The notes below the pieces were generated by a model. It did not search any database. It had not been told where the DNA came from and worked only from the letters and a program-made list of their open reading frames with translations. A DNA stretch of 64,000 bases from Spirochaetaceae bacterium (GTDB lineage Bacteria; Spirochaetota; Spirochaetia; Treponematales; Rectinemataceae), in the NCBI GenBank assembly GCA_025358255.1, contig JANYKC010000086.1, positions 24,698 through 88,697 on the forward strand. Reading direction: 5' to 3'. Numbering within the stretch: the first letter of the stretch is position 1; each line of letters begins with the position of its first letter. The position numbers were made by a program, and so were the translations under genes. This document shows positions 8,045-16,863 of this stretch, in pieces.

Positions 8045-10582
8045 TCAGGCCCAGCGGACCAGGCCCGGGACGAAGGGGCTGACAAGCGACTCATGCTTCG
8101 GCAGCACGCGCACCGCATAGCCCTGCTTTCCGGTCTGCGCGCAGACCACTGAGAGGCGATAGAGCCAGGCGCTCCCCTGCTTCTCCTCGGCCTTCATCTC
8201 GATCCGCACGGGGCCGCCGATCTCGCCCTGGTTGGTGAGCGGCCCGTAGTAGAGCTCCACCGCCGCCTCGGAGGGCTCAAGTCCCCCTAGTTCCACCACC
8301 GCGTCGACGGTCACCGTATCGCCCCTGTTCATCACGGGCACGGCATCGGTCTTGAGCTCGGTCACCGCCACCTGCGGCCAGGCTGCCCTGGCCTTGTCCA
8401 GGTAGTGGGCGACTTTTTTCGCCGGAAGGAAATCCGCGGCGGCGAAATTGCGCGAGTTCTCGAGCGCAGGGAAATAGAAGCGCTCGCTGTACTGCCTCAG
8501 CATCCGGTGGGAAGAGAAGCCTTTGCCCACTTCCCGCATGGATGCCTTCATGCGGCGGATCCACTCCCTGGGCAGTCCATCCCGTCCGCGCTGGAAGAAC
8601 AGCGGCACGATCTCGTGCTCCAGGAGGTCATAGAGCGCCTCGCTTTCTATGCTGTCCTGAAGCTCCTCGTCCGCATAAATCTCCCCGGAGCCGATGGCCC
8701 AGCCGATATCCGACTGGTAGCCCTCCGCCCACCATCCGTCGAGGATGGAGCAATTGAGCACGCCGTTCATCCCGGCCTTCATGCCGCTCGTGCCGGAGGC
8801 TTCCAGGGGACGGCGCGGCGTGTTGAGCCAGACGTCGGAACCCGACGTGAGATAGCGCGCCATCGTCATGTCGTAGTCCTCGAGGAAGATGATGCGGCTC
8901 TGCACTTCCTCCCGGCGGGAGAAATGCACGAGCTCCTTGATCAGCTCCTTGCCGGGGATGTCGTTCGGATGGGCCTTGCCCGCGAAGATGATCTGCACCG
9001 GGCGGTCCCGGTCGGAGAGTAGGCGGATGAGGCGGTCCGGATCGCGGAGGAGGAGGTTGCCGCGCTTGTAGGTCGCGAAGCGCCTCGCGAAGGATATGGT
9101 CAGCGCATTGGGCGAGAGCGCGTCCTCCGCGCGGATCAAGGCGCCTTCCCCCGCGCCGGAGCGCTTGGCCGCCCGCTTGATGCGGTCCCTGGCGAAGACG
9201 ACGAGGCGCTCCCTGCGCCTTTCATGGGTGCGCCAAAGCTCCTCGTCCGAGATGCGCGTCATGCGGTCCCAGATATCCAGGTTCGCCGGCTCCTCGTAGA
9301 AGCGGGGACCGAAATACCTGTCAAGGAGGTCGAGCATGTTGTTCGAGATCCAGGTCCGGGGATGGACTCCGTTGGTAATAGCTCCAATTGGTACTTCTTC
9401 CTCGGAAAGCCCCGGCCAGAGCCCCTTCCACATGGTTCGGGACACGTTTCCGTGGAGCTGCGCGACTCCGTTGCTGTAGGCCGAAAGTTTGAGGGCCAGG
9501 ATCGTCATGCAGAAAGGCTCACCCTGGTCATCGGCCCTCTCGCGGCCCAAGGCAAGGAAATCCCTCCACTCGAGGCCCAAGTCCTGGGCCCATCGGCGGA
9601 AGTACTTCTCCATGAGGTCGAGGCTGAACCGCTCGTTGCCGGCAGGCACCGGTGTATGGGTCGTGAAGACATTGGTGGGCCAGACCGTCTGCATGGCCTC
9701 GGCGAAGCTGAACTTTCGCTGCTGCATCATTTCGCGGATGCGCTCCAGGCCCAGGAAGGCCGAATGCCCCTCGTTCATGTGCGTGACGGCGGGGTTGATG
9801 CCAAGCGCACGCAAGGCCCTGATCCCGCCCACGCCGAGGAGTATCTCCTGGCGGATCCGGGTCTCCTTGTCGCCGCCGTAAAGGGCGGCGGTGATGGGGC
9901 GCTCGTCAGGACCGTTCTCTTCGATGTTGGTGTCCAGGAGGTAAAGCGAGGACCGGCCCACCTTCACCTCCCAGATCTGCGCCGCCACGAGGCGGCCTGC
10001 CAGTTCTACGGCGATGCGGACGGGTGCGCCTTGGGCATCCAGGCATCGATGCACCGGCATGTTATACCAGTCATTCTCGGGGTAGGATTCCTGCTGGAAT
10101 CCGTCCGGGTTGAGGTATTGCTTGAAATAGCCCTGCCGGTACAGGAGGCCGACGCCGACGAGGGGCAGGCCCATGTCGCTCGCGGTCTTCATGTGGTCGC
10201 CGGAAAGTATGCCCAGTCCGCCAGAGTACACGGGCAAGGAAACGTCCAGCCCGTATTCCATCGAGAAATACGCGACCATCTCCTCGTGGCTGCCCTTGTA
10301 CCATGTGTCGCCGAGCTTGTAGCGTTCGAACTTGGCCGAGACTTCCTTGAGCGCGGCGAGGTAGGAATCGTCCTGTGCCACCTGGTCATAGCGGTCCTGG
10401 GAGACCATGCCGAGCATCTTGGCGGGGTTCTGGGAGGAGGTCAGCCAGACATCGTAGTCGAGTCGGATGAATAGCTGGATTGCCTCGAAGTTCCAGGAGA
10501 GCCAGAGGTTATGGGCGATTTCCTCGAGGGGCGCGAGGACCGCGGGGATTTTCGGTTTGACAGTATGGGAAATGATTTTCAT
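8045..10582 (-). CDS. glgP: alpha-glucan (glycogen/maltodextrin) phosphorylase, GlgP family with DUF3417-type N-terminus
   Basis: EASGTSGMKAGMNG pyridoxal-phosphate lysine motif and GT35-like core. ATG at 10582 chosen because a promoter-like element lies inside the longer ORF. Confidence 0.9.
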   Translation of the reverse strand: MKIISHTVKPKIPAVLAPLEEIAHNLWLSWNFEAIQLFIRLDYDVWLTSSQNPAKMLGMVSQDRYDQVAQDDSYLAALKEVSAKFERYKLGDTWYKGSHEEMVAYFSMEYGLDVSLPVYSGGLGILSGDHMKTASDMGLPLVGVGLLYRQGYFKQYLNPDGFQQESYPENDWYNMPVHRCLDAQGAPVRIAVELAGRLVAAQIWEVKVGRSSLYLLDTNIEENGPDERPITAALYGGDKETRIRQEILLGVGGIRALRALGINPAVTHMNEGHSAFLGLERIREMMQQRKFSFAEAMQTVWPTNVFTTHTPVPAGNERFSLDLMEKYFRRWAQDLGLEWRDFLALGRERADDQGEPFCMTILALKLSAYSNGVAQLHGNVSRTMWKGLWPGLSEEEVPIGAITNGVHPRTWISNNMLDLLDRYFGPRFYEEPANLDIWDRMTRISDEELWRTHERRRERLVVFARDRIKRAAKRSGAGEGALIRAEDALSPNALTISFARRFATYKRGNLLLRDPDRLIRLLSDRDRPVQIIFAGKAHPNDIPGKELIKELVHFSRREEVQSRIIFLEDYDMTMARYLTSGSDVWLNTPRRPLEASGTSGMKAGMNGVLNCSILDGWWAEGYQSDIGWAIGSGEIYADEELQDSIESEALYDLLEHEIVPLFFQRGRDGLPREWIRRMKASMREVGKGFSSHRMLRQYSERFYFPALENSRNFAAADFLPAKKVAHYLDKARAAWPQVAVTELKTDAVPVMNRGDTVTVDAVVELGGLEPSEAAVELYYGPLTNQGEIGGPVRIEMKAEEKQGSAWLYRLSVVCAQTGKQGYAVRVLPKHESLVSPFVPGLVRWA

Positions 10583-10648
10583 GCTTCTGCCTCGCTTGCT
10601 GGGGTCGGGCGGTCGTCCCGCGGGTTTCGCTTTCGCGGCTCTGCGCAA

Positions 10649-10677
10649 AGCCTAATTTCGTCGTCATGACAAGTCAA
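10649..10677 (-). promoter_or_regulatory. candidate sigma-70 promoter for glgP
   Basis: On the minus strand: TTGACT, 17 nt, TAGGCT. Confidence 0.35.
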
Positions 10678-10716
10678 TATTGGGGCGGCACGACCGATCA
10701 TCGGCCGCCAGGATGG

Positions 10717-10744
10717 AAAAAGGCCGCCCCGCATGGAGGCAGCC
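10717..10744 (-). terminator. rho-independent terminator downstream of the helicase-like gene
   Basis: Minus-strand RNA GGCUGCC...GGCGGCC (7 bp, one G-U pair) followed by UUUUU. Confidence 0.5.
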
Positions 10745-10758
10745 CTTCGAGCAGTCGG

Positions 10759-12795
10759 TTACTTCCCGCTTCCGCCGAACAGCCGCCTGAAAAAGCCCCG
10801 TTTCGGCGCTGGCGCCATGTTCTCTGGCGAGCGGACCTTGCCGGCAGGCGGAAAAGGCGGGCGAGATGCGCTGCCCTTCTTGGGCGCTGGCTTGTGCCCC
10901 TGCTGCACCGGCTTGGCTGCCTTGGCCCCCTGGCCTCGGGATGGCGCAGGGCTCTTCACGCCGCTATCCTTTCGCGCAAGGTCCTGTGTCTGGCGTCGCC
11001 CCTTCCCTTTCTTGCCTGCTGTCCCCTTGGCCGGGCCATCGCCTGGTGGGCCAGCCTTGGAAGCACGGCCGGAGGGCTGGTATTTTTCACGATAGAGCCT
11101 CATCCGCTCTTCCGTGGACAGGTCATAGGGGTTGCGGGCGGAGGCTTCCGGCCTTGCTGCGCCAGAGGGAGGACGACGCGACGCATCGGCGGGGCGCCGG
11201 CCGCCCTTACCTTCGGCACCCGCGCCTTTCTCCTTGCCTGCCAAGGGCGGCCCGCCCTGAGCGCGGCTGTTCGGCGATCGAGCGCTTTTTCCGCGGCCCG
11301 TGGCAGCCTTGTTCCTGCCACCCGCATTTTCGCCGCCTGGCTTGCCGGACTTCCGGCCGTTCGCACCGGCAGGCCTCTCTTCTCCTCGGGGTTGGAGCGA
11401 ACTTACGTCCAAAGAACCGCCGGTCGCATCGGCTATGCTCCTCTGGATATCCGGACTGCGGTCCGGCGCCCCCCGCCGGTCATTGCGGTCACGCGAAGCC
11501 GGTCCCTGCCGCGCCCCGCGCTGGTCGCGGTCGCTTCGGCTCGGGCGGAAATCACGTCTGGCATCCTGGCCTTCGTTCCGCTTCACCTCGTGGACCGCGA
11601 CAAGGCGGCCAGCGCGAGGCGCTGCCCTCCCGTCGGACTTCTCCGCGGAGGGGAGCTCAAACATAAAAAACGCGCTCTTGTCCTCGGCGAGGAGCAGCGA
11701 TTCGGGCGCGCTCTGGGCGTCAAGCTTGGCATCGATGCGGCGTTCCACGGCGGGAAGGCCGTAGACATAGCGCTCGCAAGCCAGGTTCACCACGGCGCTC
11801 CCCTTGTCATTGCCCGCGAGCATCGCGAGGCGGGTCACATAGAGTTCGGGGTCAAGGGGGAAATCAAAATTCACGACAAGGGGAAAGCCGCCCCGGACAA
11901 GTCCGGCGGCACCTTCATCGGTAAGGACAAGGATCGAGCCGGCTTCCGCCTCGAGGTCGGCCTTGAGGGCCGCCATCTTCCCGCTGTCGAGCGGCCCCGT
12001 TGCACAATGGGCCTCGAGGCCGTTATGCCTCAGGCGAAGCGCCAACTCATCCGCTCCATTTTTCAGGTTGCAGAATACGCAGGTCCGGGAGGGCCGACGA
12101 CGGGCCAGGAGGCCGAGAAGGAAACGCAGTTTCTGGTCCGACGCGATATGCCATGTTTCCTGGGCGATGCCAAAGGCCCGGGCCGCGTCCTCCTCGATCT
12201 GGATTTCCACGGGGTTGTCCGAAAGGTCCCATGCGAGGTTTTTCGCCTTCACGGAGATCTTCGAGCAAGCGAAAACCGTCTTTCGCTCCCATGAAGGAAG
12301 GAGGCTGGACTGGAGCTTCCGGAGCTCCTCCGAAGGCAGCTCGGCGATCCTCTCCCCCCCGTCCACGAGGAGGAAGCCGAAATCATGCAGTGAGATCCTT
12401 CCCTCGGCCTGGGCCTGGAGGAGGACTGAAAGGCTCCCGACGAGAATATCCGAATCATCCTGCATCCCGGAAGGAAGCTCCTCGACATCGGTGGCCCTGA
12501 GGGATAGGCCCTTGCCGAGGACAGCTGCGGCGTCAATGCATCGCCTCGTCGCGGCCGCATCAGGGACGACCGCAAGCACACGCCGCTTGTCCCCTTCGCC
12601 TGCGGAAGCGAGCCATTGAAGGGCGGGAAGGAGCCATATCGACTCTCGATCCGCGGATATCGTGATCTTGGCGCATACATTTTCGCCCTTCAGGAGGGCA
12701 TGGGAAAGCATTTTTTCATGGAAGGCGGACTGCTCCGCGAGCACGGGGGCTCCGGAAAGCAGGCGTTCGTCGATGCCGAATTGTCGAAGATCCAT
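10759..12795 (-). CDS. DEAD-box helicase-like protein with degenerate catalytic motifs and a long basic low-complexity C-terminal tail
   Basis: Two RecA-like domain layout is recognisable, but motif I reads ISADRESI, motif II VDGGER, motif III ACS, motif V TDEGAAGLV and motif VI TRLAMLAGN. The last roughly 290 aa are rich in R/K/G/P/A/S. Confidence 0.7.
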   Translation of the reverse strand: MDLRQFGIDERLLSGAPVLAEQSAFHEKMLSHALLKGENVCAKITISADRESIWLLPALQWLASAGEGDKRRVLAVVPDAAATRRCIDAAAVLGKGLSLRATDVEELPSGMQDDSDILVGSLSVLLQAQAEGRISLHDFGFLLVDGGERIAELPSEELRKLQSSLLPSWERKTVFACSKISVKAKNLAWDLSDNPVEIQIEEDAARAFGIAQETWHIASDQKLRFLLGLLARRRPSRTCVFCNLKNGADELALRLRHNGLEAHCATGPLDSGKMAALKADLEAEAGSILVLTDEGAAGLVRGGFPLVVNFDFPLDPELYVTRLAMLAGNDKGSAVVNLACERYVYGLPAVERRIDAKLDAQSAPESLLLAEDKSAFFMFELPSAEKSDGRAAPRAGRLVAVHEVKRNEGQDARRDFRPSRSDRDQRGARQGPASRDRNDRRGAPDRSPDIQRSIADATGGSLDVSSLQPRGEERPAGANGRKSGKPGGENAGGRNKAATGRGKSARSPNSRAQGGPPLAGKEKGAGAEGKGGRRPADASRRPPSGAARPEASARNPYDLSTEERMRLYREKYQPSGRASKAGPPGDGPAKGTAGKKGKGRRQTQDLARKDSGVKSPAPSRGQGAKAAKPVQQGHKPAPKKGSASRPPFPPAGKVRSPENMAPAPKRGFFRRLFGGSGK

Positions 12796-12948
12796 TACGC
12801 AACTCACTCGCTCTGGTTTATATGGGCGCAAAGGCGGCCAAATTCGCATGATACTACGGCGGACGGGAAAATGTAACAGGGATCGTCAAGGCTGGACGGT
12901 CTTCAGGTATTCATCGCCCTTGGCTCCCCCCGACCTGGAGAAGCCCAG

Positions 12949-13449
12949 TCACTTGAGGTAGGCGACATGGGCATGGGTCCGGGAGCGCTCATAGAAGTCC
13001 AGCCGATGTCCCTTCGAATTGTCCTTCGCCGCGGCGGCAAAATAGAACTCGGCGTTCTGGTAGTCGCGATAGGCGGGAACCGAGTAGTCCAGAACGACGT
13101 CGATCGCCCCTTCGCCGCGTCGACGATAGAGCACCAGCGAGGCCGGAACCATGTCGCAGAGCACTAAAACCGCCTCTGCGCCTCCGCTTTCCTCCCTTGA
13201 GAACCCAGGCGCATACCTGGCAATGTCCGCCTTGTAGCAGGACAGGAAGGCATCGAGGTACTCCGCATCCCTGGAACCAAGATGGAGAAGGGAGAAGTCG
13301 GAGCGCCGAGCCTGCGCCCTCGCGAGGAACCAGGCGTCGATGCCGACGATGAAGGCATCGACGACGATGAAGGCATTGACGACGAAAACGGGCCGGACAT
13401 TACTGACCCGGCAACCGAACCTTGGCTTCAGCCCATGATTCTGACCCAT
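12949..13449 (-). CDS. hypothetical protein (N-terminal boundary doubtful)
   Basis: Only long ORF here. The first roughly 45 codons run through a hairpin element and an 18-nt tandem duplication. No family recognised. Confidence 0.35.
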   Translation of the reverse strand: MGQNHGLKPRFGCRVSNVRPVFVVNAFIVVDAFIVGIDAWFLARAQARRSDFSLLHLGSRDAEYLDAFLSCYKADIARYAPGFSREESGGAEAVLVLCDMVPASLVLYRRRGEGAIDVVLDYSVPAYRDYQNAEFYFAAAAKDNSKGHRLDFYERSRTHAHVAYLK

Positions 13450-13506
13450 AGGGACGGGCCAGAATCATGGGAAAGCACCCGATGTTATGTTGCCGGGTCA
13501 GTAATG
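13399..13506. repeat. 108-nt compound inverted repeat (long imperfect hairpin)
   Basis: Outer 18-bp perfect arms cattactgacccggcaac / gttgccgggtcagtaatg. Inner arms cccatgattctgaccc / gggccagaatcatggg (one mismatch). Confidence 0.7.
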
Positions 13507-13792
13507 CCAAGTCCGTAGCGGGCGAAAAGCACCGCGCCGATGAGATTTATAAGTCGAAGGCGCTTTAGGATCTTCATCATGAGTGAAGCGGCGACGTGTG
13601 ACCTCCGGGAATTGGTGAATTTTCTCCGAAAAAACACAAATACATCGGCAAGTGCAAGCAAGACGCTATAGCAACAAGAATGCCCAATATAGTAAATTAT
13701 GCACCATTAAAGCGTCTTCGCATTTATACTCGCTCAATACAAATGTGTTACCCGGTCAAAAACCGGAAATCTGGCTTGAAGGAGACAGTTGA

Positions 13793-15730
13793 ATGGCGGA
13801 AAAAAAGCGAATTCTCATAGTCGGCGGCGGTTACGGCGGCGTTTGGGCCGGCAAGATCCTGGAAAAGCATTTCCGCAAAGTCCTGGATGTCGAGATAACC
13901 CTTGTTGATCGACATCCCTACCATACCCTCATGACCGAGCTTCATGAAGTGGCCGGCTGGCGAACCGAACCCGAGTCCGTCCAGGTCAGTTTCAAGCGGA
14001 TCTTTGGCGCCAAGCGCATCAGGATCGTGACCGATTCCATCGAGAAAGTCGATTTCGAGGCCAAGGTCGCCAAGTCCTCCCGGACCAGCTATCCCTTCGA
14101 CTACGTCATCGTGGGCAGTGGCGCCGAGCCCGAGTATTTCGGTATTCCCGGCGTCCAGGACAATTCCTTCGCGCTCTGGTCCTTTGAGGACGCCATGCGG
14201 ATCCGCCATCACCTGGAGGATTGCTTCGCGAAAGCGGCCATGGAAACCGATCCCGCAGCCCGCAGGAAGCTCCTCAACTTCGTCGTGGCCGGCGCGGGTT
14301 TCACGGGCATGGAGATGATCGGAGAGCTCCTGGAATACCGCAAGGTGATGTGCCGCAAGCACCACCTTGACCTCGCCGAGACACGGGTCATCGTCGTCGA
14401 AGCGCTGCCCACCATCCTTCCCATCCTTGAGGAACCCCTCCGCGTCAGCGCCGAGACCTACCTCAAGAAACATGGTTGCGAGATGATGATCGGCAGGTCA
14501 ATCATCGGCGCGGAGAAAGGCAAGGTCCTCCTCAAGGATGCGGAACCCCTCGAGACCGAAACCTTCATCTGGACCTGTGGCGTCAAGGGCTCATCCTTCG
14601 CTGGATCCCTCGTTGTCCCCTGCGGCAAGCGCAACCGTCTCGAGGCCGATGCCGAGATGAAATGCTCCAAGTATCCCTTCGTCTACATCGTCGGGGACAA
14701 CTCCGGCTACCTCCACGATGGCAAGCCCCTTGCCCAGATCGTCGAGACCGCCCACTTCACCGCGGAAGCTGCCGCCAAGAACATCATCGCGGACATCGAT
14801 GGCGGAGCGCGCCACGTATTCAAGCCCAACTACCACGGCGTCATGGTGTCGCTGGGAAGCCGCTATGGCGTTTCCAACGCCGGAAACATGCAGACCAAGG
14901 GCTTCTTCGCCTTGGCGATCAAGCATTTCATCAACCTCTTCTACCTGTTCAACATCGCCGGCGCGAACCAGTGCTGGGAATACTTCAAGCACGAGTTCCT
15001 CGACATCAAGGACGGCCGGTCCATCGTCGGTGCGCTCTTCGCCTACAAGGTCCGCGGCTACTGGCCCCTCCTCCTCCGCATGTGGCTTGGCTTCATGTGG
15101 TTCGTCGAGTCGATGAACAAGATCAAGGAAGGCTGGCTCGACTTCTCCACGGGGACGAGCAAGTCCGCGTGGCTCTTCTCTCCCGGCGTCGTCCAAGCTG
15201 GCCTCAAGATCGCGGATGCGGGCTCCGCCGCGTCGGAAGCCGTCGCCGCAGCGCCCGCCGTCGTCGACGCTACCGCAGCCGCCTCGGCAGCCGCCACAGG
15301 CGCTGCCCCCGCCGCCACGGCAAAGGCCACCATCTTCCTCGATACGGCCAAGGCCATCATCGACCCGAATTCCGGTTTCGCGACCTGGTTCCGCCACACC
15401 TTCATGGACGGCATCTTCGCCCTCCTTCCCTACAGCGCCATGCAGATCATGGTCGTCGTGATGGAAGGCCTCATCGGGCTTGCCCTCTTCGGCGGCTTCT
15501 TCACCTGGTGGGCAGCGGCCGCCTCGATCGCCATGTGCTTCCTCTTCACCTTCAATGGGATGTTCATGTGGAGCCAACTCTGGTTCCTCTTCGCCGGAAT
15601 CCTGATGCTCGGCGGTGCCGGACGTTCCTTCGGCATGGACAACTGGTCGGTCCCCTTCTTCAAGCGCTGGTGGAACGGCACCCGCCTTGCCAGGAAATTC
15701 CATCTCTATTGCGACGATCCCTCAAAATAA
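13793..15730 (+). CDS. type II NADH dehydrogenase (NDH-2)-like flavoprotein fused to a DoxX/DoxD-like membrane domain
   Basis: ILIVGGGYGGV and FVVAGAGFTGME Rossmann motifs. The C-terminal roughly 230 aa are polytopic (WPLLLRMWLGFMWFVES..., GGAGRSFGMD) and interrupted by an Ala-rich linker. Confidence 0.8.
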   Translation: MAEKKRILIVGGGYGGVWAGKILEKHFRKVLDVEITLVDRHPYHTLMTELHEVAGWRTEPESVQVSFKRIFGAKRIRIVTDSIEKVDFEAKVAKSSRTSYPFDYVIVGSGAEPEYFGIPGVQDNSFALWSFEDAMRIRHHLEDCFAKAAMETDPAARRKLLNFVVAGAGFTGMEMIGELLEYRKVMCRKHHLDLAETRVIVVEALPTILPILEEPLRVSAETYLKKHGCEMMIGRSIIGAEKGKVLLKDAEPLETETFIWTCGVKGSSFAGSLVVPCGKRNRLEADAEMKCSKYPFVYIVGDNSGYLHDGKPLAQIVETAHFTAEAAAKNIIADIDGGARHVFKPNYHGVMVSLGSRYGVSNAGNMQTKGFFALAIKHFINLFYLFNIAGANQCWEYFKHEFLDIKDGRSIVGALFAYKVRGYWPLLLRMWLGFMWFVESMNKIKEGWLDFSTGTSKSAWLFSPGVVQAGLKIADAGSAASEAVAAAPAVVDATAAASAAATGAAPAATAKATIFLDTAKAIIDPNSGFATWFRHTFMDGIFALLPYSAMQIMVVVMEGLIGLALFGGFFTWWAAAASIAMCFLFTFNGMFMWSQLWFLFAGILMLGGAGRSFGMDNWSVPFFKRWWNGTRLARKFHLYCDDPSK

Positions 15731-15743
15731 AAAGACGGTTCAT

Positions 15744-15768
15744 GCGCCAGGTCTTTCTGACCTGGCGC
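15744..15768 (+). terminator. terminator-like hairpin after the NDH-2 gene
   Basis: Perfect 10-bp stem gcgccaggtc / gacctggcgc with a 5-nt loop. No T-run. Confidence 0.45.
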
Positions 15769-15855
15769 CCGACCCTGGGGAGTGCGGCTTGGTCACGCAT
15801 CCCTCGTGTCGAGACGCTGAAAACGCCCCCTTGAGGCGAAAGGCCCATTCCCACG

Positions 15856-16863
15856 ATGACTGATTTCTGGAAAGACAACCCGCGCCTTGGCGAGCGGCTC
15901 GCCAAGGTCGCCGGGATAATGGACGAGACGATCAGGACCGACGGCTTTCCCCTCGCCGACGCGGTTTCCGTCCTCATCGACTCGAAGGGAAAGATGCTCA
16001 GGCCGGCCTTCCTCCTCATCGGTTCGGACTTCGGCCAAGGCCCTGGTTCAGCCCGCGCCAAGAAGCTGGTACAAGAGCGGGTGCTTGCCCTTGCCGCAGC
16101 CGTGGAACTCCTCCATGTCTCTACCCTGATCCACGATGACGTCATCGACGACGCCGACCTCAGGCGCGGGAAGCCGACCCTCCACACGCTCTTCGGGACC
16201 AAGGAAGCCATCCTCGCGGGCGACTGGCTGTTCTCCCGCTGCTTCACGCTCGCTGCGGAAAGCTCGGACCCCCAAGGCGCCCGGGCCCTTTCGAGGGTCA
16301 TCGCCGCGATCTGCTCCGCCGAGATCAGGCAGGACCTCGACAAGTGGAGCTATTCGACGAGCGTCCGCGCCTACCTGCATAAAATCGCAGGGAAGACAGC
16401 GGCCCTTTTCACCCTGTCCCTGCAAGTCGGCGCGCAGGAAGCCAAGGCGCCGGCCAAGCAGACCGAGCACCTTCGCAGGGCCGGCTATGATATCGGCATG
16501 GCCTTCCAGATCATCGATGACATCCTGGATTTCGAATCGAGCCTTGGGGTCATGCGGAAACCGGTGGGCAAGGACCTGGCAGAAGGCCTGTGCACCCTTC
16601 CTCTCATTTACGCGCTCAAGGAAGACGAGGTGGGCATGCGCCGCCTCATTGCTGCGATCAGGCCCGACGGCGCGGGCATCGACCAAGGAGCTGTGGCGGC
16701 TGTCATCGAGCGCTGTATGGAACTTGGAGCCATCGAATCGGCAAAGAAGGAAGCCCTACGCTTTACCGATCGCGCCCGTTCGGAAATCCTCCGCCTTCCG
16801 AAAGGTCCATCGCGTGACGACCTCGCCTGGATTGCGGAGCGGCTCCTGAACCGCGACTATTGA
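15856..16863 (+). CDS. polyprenyl diphosphate synthase (trans-isoprenyl, long-chain type)
   Basis: First and second Asp-rich motifs LIHDDVIDDADLRRG and FQIIDDILDF. Confidence 0.9.
   Translation: MTDFWKDNPRLGERLAKVAGIMDETIRTDGFPLADAVSVLIDSKGKMLRPAFLLIGSDFGQGPGSARAKKLVQERVLALAAAVELLHVSTLIHDDVIDDADLRRGKPTLHTLFGTKEAILAGDWLFSRCFTLAAESSDPQGARALSRVIAAICSAEIRQDLDKWSYSTSVRAYLHKIAGKTAALFTLSLQVGAQEAKAPAKQTEHLRRAGYDIGMAFQIIDDILDFESSLGVMRKPVGKDLAEGLCTLPLIYALKEDEVGMRRLIAAIRPDGAGIDQGAVAAVIERCMELGAIESAKKEALRFTDRARSEILRLPKGPSRDDLAWIAERLLNRDY

Noticed and set aside
10666-12294. Very long ORFs antisense to, or out of frame with, confidently assigned genes. Examples: 60-1373(-), 9224-10474(+), 10666-12294(+), 14476-15834(+), 32743-34062(-), 37365-38936(-), 48761-50182(+), 59293-60315(-), 60802-61797(-), 61934-63385(+).
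   Set aside because: These are typical shadow ORFs of GC-rich DNA. Their translations are Arg/Pro/Gly/Ala-rich low-complexity strings without motifs. Each overlaps a gene with clear family signatures on the other strand or frame.
13613-13630. Rex-type operator half-site TGGTGAA upstream of the NDH-2 gene.
   Set aside because: The second half-site (TTCACAA) is missing, so this is not a credible Rex box.
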